From Alphaproteobacteria bacterium (lineage in GTDB: Bacteria; Pseudomonadota; Alphaproteobacteria; UBA7887), in assembly GCA_965216755.1 (NCBI GenBank), contig CBDCGL010000011.1:2496001-2560000 (forward strand): a DNA stretch of 64,000 nt, written 5' to 3'. The first letter of the stretch is position 1. Every line of letters starts with the position of its first letter. The position numbers and the translations under genes were made by a program. This document shows, one piece after another, positions 1-9,658 of this stretch. The notes below the pieces were generated by a model. That model was not told where the DNA came from. It was given only the letters and a program-made list of their open reading frames with translations, and did not search any database.

Positions 1-151
1 TCTCCGCCCACGCGCTGTCGACAAAATACTCTGCTTGGAATCGCTTGCCCATCAAGCGGCCCTGCATATCCACCTGGGCGGCGATCACCGTATCAATCGT
101 GCCGTCGGCAATCGCCGCCTTCAATTGTTCGAATGTCAGTTTTCCGGCCAT
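1..151 (-). CDS. Glutamine synthetase-like gamma-glutamyl ligase, N-terminal part (runs off window)
   Basis: Manual translation from ATG at 151: MAGKLTFEQLKAAIADGTIDTVIAAQVDMQGRLMGKRFQAEYF, with the DMQGRLMGKR motif of GlnA-like glutamylases. Not in ORF track. Confidence 0.8.
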   Translation of the reverse strand, partial: MAGKLTFEQLKAAIADGTIDTVIAAQVDMQGRLMGKRFQAEYFVDSAWAE

Positions 152-226
152 TGAAATCGTCAAAAAACGTTACGTGGCGCGATCGCACCAAGATAAGGTC
201 AAAGGCAACGCAGCCGCGGTCCAATC

Positions 227-250
227 CCCGGGGGCGTGCCCGCCCCCGGG
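227..250 (-). terminator. GC-rich hairpin downstream of TRAP SBP gene (mRNA-stabilising or partial terminator)
   Basis: CCCGGGGGCG-tgcc-CGCCCCCGGG perfect stem just after dctP stop. Confidence 0.5.
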
Positions 251-263
251 AATGGGTCCTGGA

Positions 264-1313
264 TCAGCCGTAGCGATAGGGCGGCCCGGCCGCGCGCATG
301 GTCGCCGCATATTCCTTGAGAATATTGACCACCTTCGCACTGCGTTCGCTTTGCGCAGCGATTTCGTCCCAGAACTTCAGCGCTTCGTCTTCGACGATCT
401 TCCACTCTTCGTCGGGGATCGACGTCAACTCCAGTTTGGTGCCTTTGGTGCGCAAATGTGCTTCGCCACCCCAATACCAGTGCTGGCGATAGTAATGCGA
501 ACTGTCCATGCATAACCGGAACAGGGTTTGCAGATGTTCAGGCAGCGCCTCCCAGCGCTCCGTATTGGCGAAATACGACCCGCACCAGGCGCCCGAAATA
601 TTGTTGGTGAGGAAATAATTTGTGACGTCTGCCCAACCAACCGTGTAGTCTTCGGTTATGCCCGACCAGGCGATGCCATCAAGTTCGCCGGTCTGTACCG
701 CCACTTCGATGTCTTCCCACGGCAGCGTAACTGGCACAACACCAAAACGCTGCAGGAACTTGCCCGCGGTCGGGAACGTGAACACGCGCTTGCCCTTGAG
801 ATCTTCCAAGCTACGGATCGGATCAACCGTGTTGAAATGGCACGGATCCCAGGCGCCAGCACTGAGCCAGGTGACGTTTTCGACTTCGCCATAGGCTTCT
901 TCCCAGATCTCCTTCAGGCCATATTGGTGAAACAAGACCGGCACATCGAGAGAATAGCGCGTGCCAAAGGGAAAATAGCCGCCGAACACCGAAACATCGA
1001 CCGGCGCCGCGATCGAGTCGTCATCGCTTTGCACAGCATCGATCGTGCCTCGCTGCATGGCGCGGAACAGTTCGCCGGTCGGCACCAGTTGGTCGGCAAA
1101 ATAAAGCTCGATTTCCATTTCGCCGTTGGCAACTTTGTTGAACGCATCGATCGATGGCTTGATGACATGCTCCGCCAGGGCCGCGCCAGCATAGGTTTGC
1201 AGCCGCCATCTGATCGTGCTTTGAGCTTGGACATAAGGCGCGCTCAGGGCACTGGCCCCAACCGCGGCGCCGGCCACGCCCGCTTTTTTCAAGAAATCTC
1301 GTCTGTTTTTCAT
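264..1313 (-). CDS. dctP: TRAP transporter substrate-binding protein (Tat-exported)
   Basis: NRRDFLK Tat signal; DctP-like sequence; adjacent dctQM. Confidence 0.9.
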   Translation of the reverse strand: MKNRRDFLKKAGVAGAAVGASALSAPYVQAQSTIRWRLQTYAGAALAEHVIKPSIDAFNKVANGEMEIELYFADQLVPTGELFRAMQRGTIDAVQSDDDSIAAPVDVSVFGGYFPFGTRYSLDVPVLFHQYGLKEIWEEAYGEVENVTWLSAGAWDPCHFNTVDPIRSLEDLKGKRVFTFPTAGKFLQRFGVVPVTLPWEDIEVAVQTGELDGIAWSGITEDYTVGWADVTNYFLTNNISGAWCGSYFANTERWEALPEHLQTLFRLCMDSSHYYRQHWYWGGEAHLRTKGTKLELTSIPDEEWKIVEDEALKFWDEIAAQSERSAKVVNILKEYAATMRAAGPPYRYG

Positions 1314-1460
1314 TTGCTTTTTTCTCCCTCTATTTGGTCGTCGGTCAGCGACCTGTCATGGGCGCCAGATTATTCATCGCGCGTCGCTGCCCCTTTTCAT
1401 TGACGGTCATTTCGTCATTGCCCCGCGTCCCTGGTTCCCGGCGTAATTCTGATCAACGTG

Positions 1461-2786
1461 CTATCGCGCATAATGCGTTTCAGGCAACCACAGTGCGATC
1501 TGTGGGAATACCATCACCACGGCCAGACCAAAGGCCATGACCAAGACAAACGGAATGATCGAACGATAGATGTCGGCCAGCGTCACGCTGGACGGCGCCA
1601 TCGCGCGCATCAAAAACAGGTTGTAGCCAAATGGCGGCGTCATATAGGCGATCTGACACGTGATCGTATAGAGGACGCCGTACCAGATTAGATTGAAACC
1701 CAGCGCGCCGACCAATGGCACATAAAGCGGTGCCACGATCACCAACATGGCGGTGTCATCCAGAAACATCCCCATCAGAATGAACGACAGCTGCATCAAA
1801 ATCAAAACGCCCCACGGACCAAGCCCCAAATGATCAACAAAGAACGACTCGATCGCCTTGACCGCGCCCAACCCGTCAAACACCGCGCCAAAACACAGCG
1901 CCGCCAAAATAATCCACATGAACATGCACGAAATGCCCAAGGTCTTGCGGATCGTTTCTTCCATGACCTCTCGGGTTAGGCGCCGCTTGACCAAAGCCGC
2001 GATGGTCGCCGCGACCGCGCCGACGGCCGAACTTTCGACCAAGCTGGTCACACCCATGAGAAATAGGCCGGTCATCGAAAAGAATATGAGCAACGGCAGA
2101 ATGCCGGCCGATAGCAGGCGAAACTTTTCCCCCCAGCCAACCTGCTGCCGCTCGGCCTGCGGCAAGGCGGGGCCCAAACGCGGTTGCAGCTTGCACCGTA
2201 TGGCGATGTAGAGCACGAACAGGCCGGCCATCAAAAGCCCGGGAAAAACGCCCGCTAGCCACAATTGCCCAACCGGCTGGCGCGCGATCATGCCATACAA
2301 CACCAGCACCACGCTGGGCGGCACCAAGATCCCCAGTGAACTGCCGGCCTGAATCACGCCGGTGACCATGATCTTGTCATAGCCGCGCCTGAGCAATTCC
2401 GGCAGCGCGATGCTGGCACCGATCGCCATGCCGGCAACGCTCAAGCCGTTCATGGCCGAGATCACCACCATCAACCCGATCGTGCCGATCGCCAAGCCGC
2501 CGTTCAGCGGCCCCATCCAAACGTGGAACATGTGATAAAGGTCGTCGGCAATGCCCGATTCCGACAGCATGTAGCCCATATAGATAAACAACGGCAGGGT
2601 CAGCAGCGGATACCATTTCATCAACTTCATCGCAGCGCTGAACGCCATTTCCGAGCCGCCGTCGCCCCACAACAGCAGCGCCGCAGCGACGGCCACAAAG
2701 CCAATCGCGCCGAATACCCGCTGCCCGGTCATCAGCAACAGCATCATGGAAGAAAACATCAACAATGCGATGAGTTCGTAGCTCAT
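1461..2786 (-). CDS. dctM: TRAP transporter large permease
   Basis: Multi-TM; GILVPPS and TPPFG motifs. Confidence 0.93.
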   Translation of the reverse strand: MSYELIALLMFSSMMLLLMTGQRVFGAIGFVAVAAALLLWGDGGSEMAFSAAMKLMKWYPLLTLPLFIYMGYMLSESGIADDLYHMFHVWMGPLNGGLAIGTIGLMVVISAMNGLSVAGMAIGASIALPELLRRGYDKIMVTGVIQAGSSLGILVPPSVVLVLYGMIARQPVGQLWLAGVFPGLLMAGLFVLYIAIRCKLQPRLGPALPQAERQQVGWGEKFRLLSAGILPLLIFFSMTGLFLMGVTSLVESSAVGAVAATIAALVKRRLTREVMEETIRKTLGISCMFMWIILAALCFGAVFDGLGAVKAIESFFVDHLGLGPWGVLILMQLSFILMGMFLDDTAMLVIVAPLYVPLVGALGFNLIWYGVLYTITCQIAYMTPPFGYNLFLMRAMAPSSVTLADIYRSIIPFVLVMAFGLAVVMVFPQIALWLPETHYAR

Positions 2787-3292
2787 GACAGCGGTTCTCC
2801 GCGCGCGCTGGCCAGGTCCTTAAAAAAGGTCGCGATCGCCTGCAACAACATCAGCGCGACGCCGACAGTCATGATGATTTTGATCGGCGCCATTTGCGGC
2901 GCCCAGGAGGAGTAGCTTTGCTCGCCATACTGCAACGCATATGACGAACTCGAATAGCCGCCATAAAGTAGCCAAACCAAATAGAAAATCAGAAAAATGG
3001 CAGTGATCGCGTCGACCACGGCCTTGGTCTTGTCGGACCAACGACTGTAGAAAAGATCCATGCGAACATGCGAACCGAGCTGCATGGAATAGCCGCCGCC
3101 CAGCAGGTAATAGGCGACCATGGTGAATTGCGCCATCTCCAGCGTCCATAGCGCCGGCAGGAAGAACGCCTTGGAGATCGACGAGTAAAGCAATATGCCC
3201 ATCATCGCGAAAATCAGATACATGGCGACGCGGCCGACCGCCCGGCTGACCGCATCGACAATACGCACATAAACCCTGATGGCTTTGGGCAT
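2783..3292 (-). CDS. dctQ: TRAP transporter small permease
   Basis: 4 TM, HVRMD motif; overlaps dctM start; likely start MPKAIR at 3292. Confidence 0.88.
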   Translation of the reverse strand: MPKAIRVYVRIVDAVSRAVGRVAMYLIFAMMGILLYSSISKAFFLPALWTLEMAQFTMVAYYLLGGGYSMQLGSHVRMDLFYSRWSDKTKAVVDAITAIFLIFYLVWLLYGGYSSSSYALQYGEQSYSSWAPQMAPIKIIMTVGVALMLLQAIATFFKDLASARGEPLS

Positions 3293-3302
3293 CGTAGTCG
3301 CC

Positions 3303-4148
3303 TTACCCCACGTGGCGTGTTTCGGTTTCCCGAACACCCATGGCCGCGCACGCCGTTTCCAGCCAGCGCGACAATTGTCCCGCTATCGCCTGCTGGCTGG
3401 CTGTATCGGCGATTAAATCGTTGCGGATCTCGATCATGACATTGAACAGCTGCCGAGGCAGCGCGTGGGCGGCCAATGTGTGGGTCACGCCATCCGCTGG
3501 GCCATAGGGTTCGTTGCGGCGGATCGCCATTTCGCTTTGCGTACGTGCGATCGTCAAAAAAAGATCGGCGAAACGGGAATCGACGTCGTAGACAACCCCA
3601 ATTTCCACGTCACGACGGACACCATGATAGACAGGCGCAAAAGAGTGCACGGTCACGATCGTCGGCGGTTGACCACGTGCGATACGACGATCGACACAGC
3701 CATCGATGGCAACCTTAAACGGTGCGTATACCGCCACCTCGCGCGCCCGCCGCGCTGCCGGCGACAGGTTCGCATTGCCGGGTATGTGGGTGGTCTCGCT
3801 GGCCTCCGGCACGGCGCCAGAAGCATCTGGCGCGCGATTGCAGTCATAGATCAACCGCGAAATGCGCTGCGCGACCAGCGGCGCATCCAGGCGACGGGAC
3901 AGTTGTTGGGCGACCGCCAGGGCGCCCGGATCCCACGCGATATGGCTTTGTAAAGCCGCGTCACGCAGGCCCAGCTTGTCATATTGTGGCGGGACGAAGT
4001 TCGACGCGTGTTCGCAAATCAGCACGATGTCGGCCGCGCCTGACGGATTGATGACGTCGACGACGCCATCCGTCGAAGCGTAGAGACCCTCTTCGGCCGC
4101 GGCGACCATCACTGTCACAGGCGCTCCCCACCGTCGATGCTCGTTCAC
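3303..4148 (-). CDS. N-formylglutamate amidohydrolase family protein
   Basis: CEHASN, HIAWDPG, SRLIYDCNR, HSF, NEPY, IEIRND motifs. Confidence 0.9.
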   Translation of the reverse strand: MNEHRRWGAPVTVMVAAAEEGLYASTDGVVDVINPSGAADIVLICEHASNFVPPQYDKLGLRDAALQSHIAWDPGALAVAQQLSRRLDAPLVAQRISRLIYDCNRAPDASGAVPEASETTHIPGNANLSPAARRAREVAVYAPFKVAIDGCVDRRIARGQPPTIVTVHSFAPVYHGVRRDVEIGVVYDVDSRFADLFLTIARTQSEMAIRRNEPYGPADGVTHTLAAHALPRQLFNVMIEIRNDLIADTASQQAIAGQLSRWLETACAAMGVRETETRHVG

Positions 4149-4259
4149 CTTTTCAGAATTGTGGAGACAGTCAAGCGAATTTCTGAAAGATTCTATTCTG
4201 TGACGTTATGTATGGAGATTCTGTTTCAGAGTTAGTCGGGCCAGGGGCGGGCGGATCCG

Positions 4260-5153
4260 TTGGCAACACGAAAGAACACTGACACGGCACCGGATCTTAC
4301 CGTCGCCGAGCGGATACGCGGCAGCTTTGACAGCCTGACCCGCGCCGAGCGCCAATTGGCCAATGCCTTGCTCGCGCACTATCCGGTCTCTGGACTAGGC
4401 AGTATCACTGCCGTCGCCGAGGCCTCGGGCGTCTCTACGCCAACGGTCGTGCGCATGGCGAAAAAGCTCGGATTTGGCGGCTTCCCAGAGCTTCAGGCGA
4501 TGCTGCGGGCGGAAGTCGAAGCGACCATTTCCAATCCGATCGCCAAGCACGACCGGTGGGCGGAAAACGCCCCAGATACCCATATACTCAATCGGTTCGC
4601 CGATGCGGTGACCGAGAATATGCGCCAAACCCTGGGCCAGCTGAATCTGGAAGACTTCGATGCCGTCACGGCGCTGCTGGGCGATCACGACCGCGCCGTG
4701 CATGTGGTTGGCGGCCGCATAAGCCGATCGCTGGCGGACTATTTTTTCACCCATATGCAGGTGATCCGGGACCGTCTAACACTGATCGCGCCGAACGCCA
4801 ACACGTGGCCGCACTATGTGTTGAACATGCGCACCGGCGACGTGCTCGTGGTCTTTGACGTGCGGCGCTACGAACACGACATCTTGCGACTCGCGGAAAT
4901 GGCGACAAAAAAGGGCGTCACGCTGGTGTTGTTCACCGACCAGTGGGGCTCGCCGGCAGCAAAACATGCGACCCACAGTTTTCACGCCCGCATCGAAGCA
5001 CCGTCGGCGTGGGACTCTTCGGTGGTGACCCTGTTCATCGTCGAATCTGTCATCGCCGCCGTGCAAACAACCATGTGGGATGAAACCAAAGACCGCATGG
5101 CAAAGCTCGAGACGCTGTTTGACCAAACAAAGCTGTTTCGAAAATTCACATAG
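4260..5153 (+). CDS. MurR/RpiR family transcriptional regulator
   Basis: N-terminal HTH (VSTPTVVRMAKKLGFGGF) plus SIS domain; divergent from TRAP operon. Confidence 0.9.
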   Translation: MATRKNTDTAPDLTVAERIRGSFDSLTRAERQLANALLAHYPVSGLGSITAVAEASGVSTPTVVRMAKKLGFGGFPELQAMLRAEVEATISNPIAKHDRWAENAPDTHILNRFADAVTENMRQTLGQLNLEDFDAVTALLGDHDRAVHVVGGRISRSLADYFFTHMQVIRDRLTLIAPNANTWPHYVLNMRTGDVLVVFDVRRYEHDILRLAEMATKKGVTLVLFTDQWGSPAAKHATHSFHARIEAPSAWDSSVVTLFIVESVIAAVQTTMWDETKDRMAKLETLFDQTKLFRKFT

Positions 5154-5187
5154 AATCTTTGGCCGTGCTTGCCGCCGCCCGGCGGCG

Positions 5188-5745
5188 TCAATCGTCGCCG
5201 TATGCGATCTTCAGAACCTCCAGTTCTTCGATCCCGGTGGGCGCGCGCAAAGTCACGACATCGCCCTCACGCGCTTTGTGGAGCGCCCGCGCGACCGGCG
5301 ACACCCAACTGATTTCGCCATGATCGAGCCGTGCCTCGTCGACGCCAACAATGCGCACGGTGCGTTCTTGATCGCGGCTGTCGACATAGGTCACCGTGGC
5401 ACCAAAAAAAACCTGCTCCCGGTTCCGCTGTCGGCGTACATCGACGATCTCCGCGATTTCCAATCGCTTCAGCAAGAACCGAAGGCGCCGATCGATCTCG
5501 CGCAGGCGCTTTTTGCCATAGATGTAATCGCCATTCTCCGAGCGATCACCGTTACCGGCGGCCCATGAAACGACCTCGACGACCTTTGGCCGTTCAACGC
5601 TTTTCAAATGGCGCAGCTCGGTTTCGAGCCGCGCGTAGCCTTGGGGTGTCAGATAGTTCTTGGCAGCAAGCGGAAGCGAGTCGGCTTGATCCGGCAAATC
5701 TTCGTCATCGTCTTTGTCGGTTTCCTTGGTAAACGCTTTGCTCAT
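5188..5745 (-). CDS. greB: Transcription elongation factor GreB
   Basis: WAAGNGDRSENGDYIYGKKRLREIDRR; ISWVSPVARAL. Confidence 0.95.
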   Translation of the reverse strand: MSKAFTKETDKDDDEDLPDQADSLPLAAKNYLTPQGYARLETELRHLKSVERPKVVEVVSWAAGNGDRSENGDYIYGKKRLREIDRRLRFLLKRLEIAEIVDVRRQRNREQVFFGATVTYVDSRDQERTVRIVGVDEARLDHGEISWVSPVARALHKAREGDVVTLRAPTGIEELEVLKIAYGDD

Positions 5746-5843
5746 TTCGTCGATCGTTCAGAAATCTAGGCGTTGGACAGCGGCATCGAAAAGACGGCGG
5801 TCGCACGCGGATGGCGCCACCACCGCCAAGGTCAATCGGCTAA

Positions 5844-6839
5844 TTATGGCTGTAGATGCTCGACAAACCAATCGCGCGCCGCGCCGCCGGTCAACTCAAA
5901 GGCATCGACATACGCGGAAAAGTGATGGCCGGGCGCGATGATTAGTTTTTTTGGCTCCAGAGCCAATTCAAACGTCTCTAGGGCGTGTTGGGTCGGAATC
6001 AAAGTATCGTTCTCGGACACGATCATCAGCAGTGGCGTCGGCGCGATACGGTGCACAAACGACCAAGGCTCATATTGAAACGCCATGTCAAGCGATTGCA
6101 ACGTCACTTCATTGTGCCAAGACGGCGCGCGCAGTTTCGCGGTTTCCGTAAACCATTGCCAAGATTCCGCCTGTGGCAATGTCGACCCGCCGTTGGGGTC
6201 CTCTGAAACAACCGGAATCATACCCGGCGGTTCGCCGCCAAACCGTGCCTCGCGATCGGCGTCAAGAGCGGCCAACAAACCGGGCCAGAAATCCTCGCGA
6301 ACATTGCGCACGAAGGCGTCGTAAAGTTTTGTCGCGGGGACCTGGGCGACAACGGCCTTGACGCGTTTATCGATCGCCCCCACCACCAGCACATGGCCGC
6401 CACTGTAACTGGAGCCCCACACGCCGATACGATCGCGATCGACCTCAGGTAATGTGCGGACATAGGTGATGGCGTGACGATAATCACGCACCTGTGCCCA
6501 CGGGTCTATCTCGTAGCGCGGCTCGCCATCGCTGGCGCCGAAATTGCGATTGTCATAGACCAGCGCGGCCAGGCCCGCATTGGCGAACGCCTCGGCATAT
6601 TTGTCGAGCCACATTTCCTTGACCGCCGACCAACCGTGCGCCATGACGATCGCCGGCACGGGTCCATCGGCGGCGGACGGCGTATAGAACCAGCCGCGCA
6701 GTGTCGTACCGTCCGCGCTAAACTCAATATCGCGGCGTTCAAAATCCGCCGCCGCAGGCAGCGCCAGTGCGAGCGCAACGATCATGGTTGCCCAGGCGGA
6801 GACAAAATTCACAGCAAAGCCTTGCAATCGCGTTCTCAT
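5844..6839 (-). CDS. Secreted alpha/beta hydrolase (S15/AidA-like)
   Basis: Signal peptide; WGSSYSGG nucleophile elbow; RNFGASDGEPR. Confidence 0.8.
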   Translation of the reverse strand: MRTRLQGFAVNFVSAWATMIVALALALPAAADFERRDIEFSADGTTLRGWFYTPSAADGPVPAIVMAHGWSAVKEMWLDKYAEAFANAGLAALVYDNRNFGASDGEPRYEIDPWAQVRDYRHAITYVRTLPEVDRDRIGVWGSSYSGGHVLVVGAIDKRVKAVVAQVPATKLYDAFVRNVREDFWPGLLAALDADREARFGGEPPGMIPVVSEDPNGGSTLPQAESWQWFTETAKLRAPSWHNEVTLQSLDMAFQYEPWSFVHRIAPTPLLMIVSENDTLIPTQHALETFELALEPKKLIIAPGHHFSAYVDAFELTGGAARDWFVEHLQP

Positions 6840-7028
6840 GAAATCCTCCCTGTTCGGGGCGATCGGCGTCATCAGATGTGTGGCCCGCCCCGACACCAGG
6901 CTACGCCCGCGCCCCCGCGGGCGCAGCAGTTGTGCGTCAAACTATGGTAAACATGGCATATTGTGACCGGTCAACTGCGACGCCAAGCTGTCGCGCCGGC
7001 GATATCGAGTCTTTTCAAAGAGCGACCG

Positions 7029-8741
7029 ATGGAACTTTCCTCCGACAGCACCGCCGCGCTCGTCGCAACGTTCTTGCGTCGCCGCGGCGTCAAGCACATC
7101 TTTGGCTTGTGCGGCGGCCACATCATGCCGATTTGGATGCAGGCTCACGCCGCCGGCATTCGGATCATCGATGCCCGCGACGAGCGCGCCGCGGTACATA
7201 TGGCACATGCCCACGCCGAGGTGACCGGCACGCTTGGTGTCGCCATTGTTACCGCCGGGCCCGGTGTCACCAATGCCATGACCGCGATTGCCAACACCCA
7301 TGTGGCGCGAGCACCGGTTCTGGTGTTGGGGGGCACCGTCCCACAGCCTCAGGTAAACCGTGGCGCGCTCCAAGATATCGACCATGTCGGTTTGGTCACC
7401 GCGATCACCCGCTATGCGCGCACCGTGCGCGAACCCGGCTTGGCGTTACAGGAACTTGACGCGGCCGTCGCCCACGCGATGGGCGATGGCGGTGATCCGG
7501 GACCCGCCTATATCGAATTCCCGACGGATGTTTTGCGTCGCGACGTGCCGAGGGCCCTGCGGCGCGACGAGTTTTTTGCGCCTCCGTCGCAACCGATCAT
7601 GCATCCCGACCCGGTTGCCGTTGCGGCCGCCGTTGACTTGATCTGGAAAGCCAAACGCCCCCTGGTGATATCGGGCCGCGGCGCGCGCGGCGCCGAGGCT
7701 GAATTGGTCACGTTTCTCGATCGCCTCGGTGCCGCCTATCTTGACACTGGCGAAAGCCGCGGATTGGTGCCCGATGATCATCTTGCGGTGGTCGCAGCCA
7801 TGCGCGGCACGGCCATGAGCGAGGCCGATGTCGTGATAACCATTGGCCGTCGGCTCGATTTTCAGCTCGCCTATGGGTCGCCAGCCATATTCGGCAACGC
7901 GCAGTTTGTGCGGATCGCCGATACGCTGTCGGAGTTGCGCGATAATCGGCGTGGTGCGATCGAACTGTTGGCCACCCCAGCGACAGCGCTCAGCGCGCTT
8001 GTCGCCGCAGCCGGCAAGCGGACGTCGTCGGTCGATCCGGAATGGATCGGACAATTGCGCAGCGCCCATCGGGCGCGCGCCGAAAAGCTACGGCAAACCA
8101 TGATGAACGCGACGCCGGATAAAGACGGCCGCCTGCATCCCTATCGCGTGCTTGGGGCCATCCAAGAACGGCTGGACCGCAACGCCATTGTGGTCACCGA
8201 CGGCGGTGATTTCTTAAGCTTTGGTCGGGTCGCGTTGTCGTCGCGCACGATGCTCGACCCAGGGCCGTTTGGTTGTATCGGCGTTGGCGTGCCCTTTGGC
8301 ATTGCCGCCGCCCTGGCCTGTCCGAACCGTCGCGTCGTGGTCGCCACCGGCGACGGGGCGTTTGGCTTCAACGCCATCGAAATTGACACGGCGGTACGCC
8401 ATCAGGCACCGGTCGTCATCGTTGTGGCCAACAATGGTGCCTGGCAAATCGAAGTCCACGACCAAACCCAAAGCTATGGCGAGGTTGTCGGCACCAGGCT
8501 TCAGTTTTCCGACTATGCCGCGATGGCGCGCGGCTTTGGCATGCACGGCGAGCGGGTCGAAACCGAAACCGATCTGGCCGGCGCGATGGACCGTGCCTTT
8601 GCCAATGCGCCGGCTTTGGTCGATGTGATCGTGACCTCGGACGCCGTGTCGTCGGATGCCAAGAGCGGCTTGGCATGGGTGCCGGATCTGCAGCCCTTGG
8701 CAAGCTGGGATGACGCCGAACGCGCGTGGCGCGCGCGCTAA
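7029..8741 (+). CDS. ThDP-dependent enzyme, 2-hydroxyacyl-CoA lyase-like
   Basis: RDERAA, TAGPG, GDGAFG...NN ThDP motif; DGGDFLSF; C-terminal lid-like extension. Confidence 0.8.
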   Translation: MELSSDSTAALVATFLRRRGVKHIFGLCGGHIMPIWMQAHAAGIRIIDARDERAAVHMAHAHAEVTGTLGVAIVTAGPGVTNAMTAIANTHVARAPVLVLGGTVPQPQVNRGALQDIDHVGLVTAITRYARTVREPGLALQELDAAVAHAMGDGGDPGPAYIEFPTDVLRRDVPRALRRDEFFAPPSQPIMHPDPVAVAAAVDLIWKAKRPLVISGRGARGAEAELVTFLDRLGAAYLDTGESRGLVPDDHLAVVAAMRGTAMSEADVVITIGRRLDFQLAYGSPAIFGNAQFVRIADTLSELRDNRRGAIELLATPATALSALVAAAGKRTSSVDPEWIGQLRSAHRARAEKLRQTMMNATPDKDGRLHPYRVLGAIQERLDRNAIVVTDGGDFLSFGRVALSSRTMLDPGPFGCIGVGVPFGIAAALACPNRRVVVATGDGAFGFNAIEIDTAVRHQAPVVIVVANNGAWQIEVHDQTQSYGEVVGTRLQFSDYAAMARGFGMHGERVETETDLAGAMDRAFANAPALVDVIVTSDAVSSDAKSGLAWVPDLQPLASWDDAERAWRAR

Positions 8742-8751
8742 CCACCGGTTT

Positions 8752-9609
8752 TCACGTGCCAGCGAAGAAGTCCAACAATGCCGCGGCGAGTTCCTCGGGC
8801 TTTTCCTCGGGAATAAAATGCCCTGCGCCGTCCACAACACCACCGCGCACGTCGCTTGCGACCCGTTGCATGGATTCCAAAGTCAGTCTGCGCCGGCCAA
8901 AGCTTTCGCCGCCGCCCAATGCCAGCACGGGTATGGTCAACTTGCCGGCGGCGATCGATTTTTGGTTGTCAACAATGTCCTGCGGAATGGCGCGGTAATA
9001 GGCGAGCCCGGCGCGCATGGCGCCAGGCGCAGCATAGTTTCGGGCGAATTCGTCGATTGCCGAATCAGGGATGATTCCAGGATGCGCAGCGAAATTGTTT
9101 AGGAACCACGTGATGTAGATTCTCTCGCGACCCTGGATCAGGGCCTCGGGCAAATCAAGCGTCCGATGAAACCCATGATGCCAGCGCCCCTGAGAGGTCG
9201 AAAACTGATCCGAGCCATCGCCCGGGATCATGACGTCGAGGATGGCGAGTTTGCGCACCGCCCGCCGATGGGCGGCGGCAAGCGCATAGGCCACCGGCCC
9301 GCCCCAATCGTGACCCACCAGATAAAACGACGTATGACCAAGCGTGTCGGACATCAGCTCCCACACATCTTCGGCGATGCGCGCCTTGTGGTAGCCGGTC
9401 GCCGGGCGCGATGATTGGCCGAGGCCGCGCAAGTCTGGCGCAATGACATGATAGCGTGCCGCAAGCATTGGCATGATCAACCGCCATTCGTACCAAGTCT
9501 GCGGAAATCCATGCAAGAGCACGACCGGTTCGCCGGAGCCGGCGGTTACATAATGCATGGTCATTTCAGACAATTTGGCATAGTGGTGCGTGAAGCTTGT
9601 CATGCTCAT
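8752..9609 (-). CDS. Epoxide hydrolase-like alpha/beta hydrolase
   Basis: HGFP oxyanion motif, GHDWG nucleophile Asp, GHFIPEE. Confidence 0.88.
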   Translation of the reverse strand: MSMTSFTHHYAKLSEMTMHYVTAGSGEPVVLLHGFPQTWYEWRLIMPMLAARYHVIAPDLRGLGQSSRPATGYHKARIAEDVWELMSDTLGHTSFYLVGHDWGGPVAYALAAAHRRAVRKLAILDVMIPGDGSDQFSTSQGRWHHGFHRTLDLPEALIQGRERIYITWFLNNFAAHPGIIPDSAIDEFARNYAAPGAMRAGLAYYRAIPQDIVDNQKSIAAGKLTIPVLALGGGESFGRRRLTLESMQRVASDVRGGVVDGAGHFIPEEKPEELAAALLDFFAGT

Positions 9610-9658
9610 GGGCAGGTGGTCCTGTACTGATGCGAACGCGCAGAGGCGAACGATAGCT

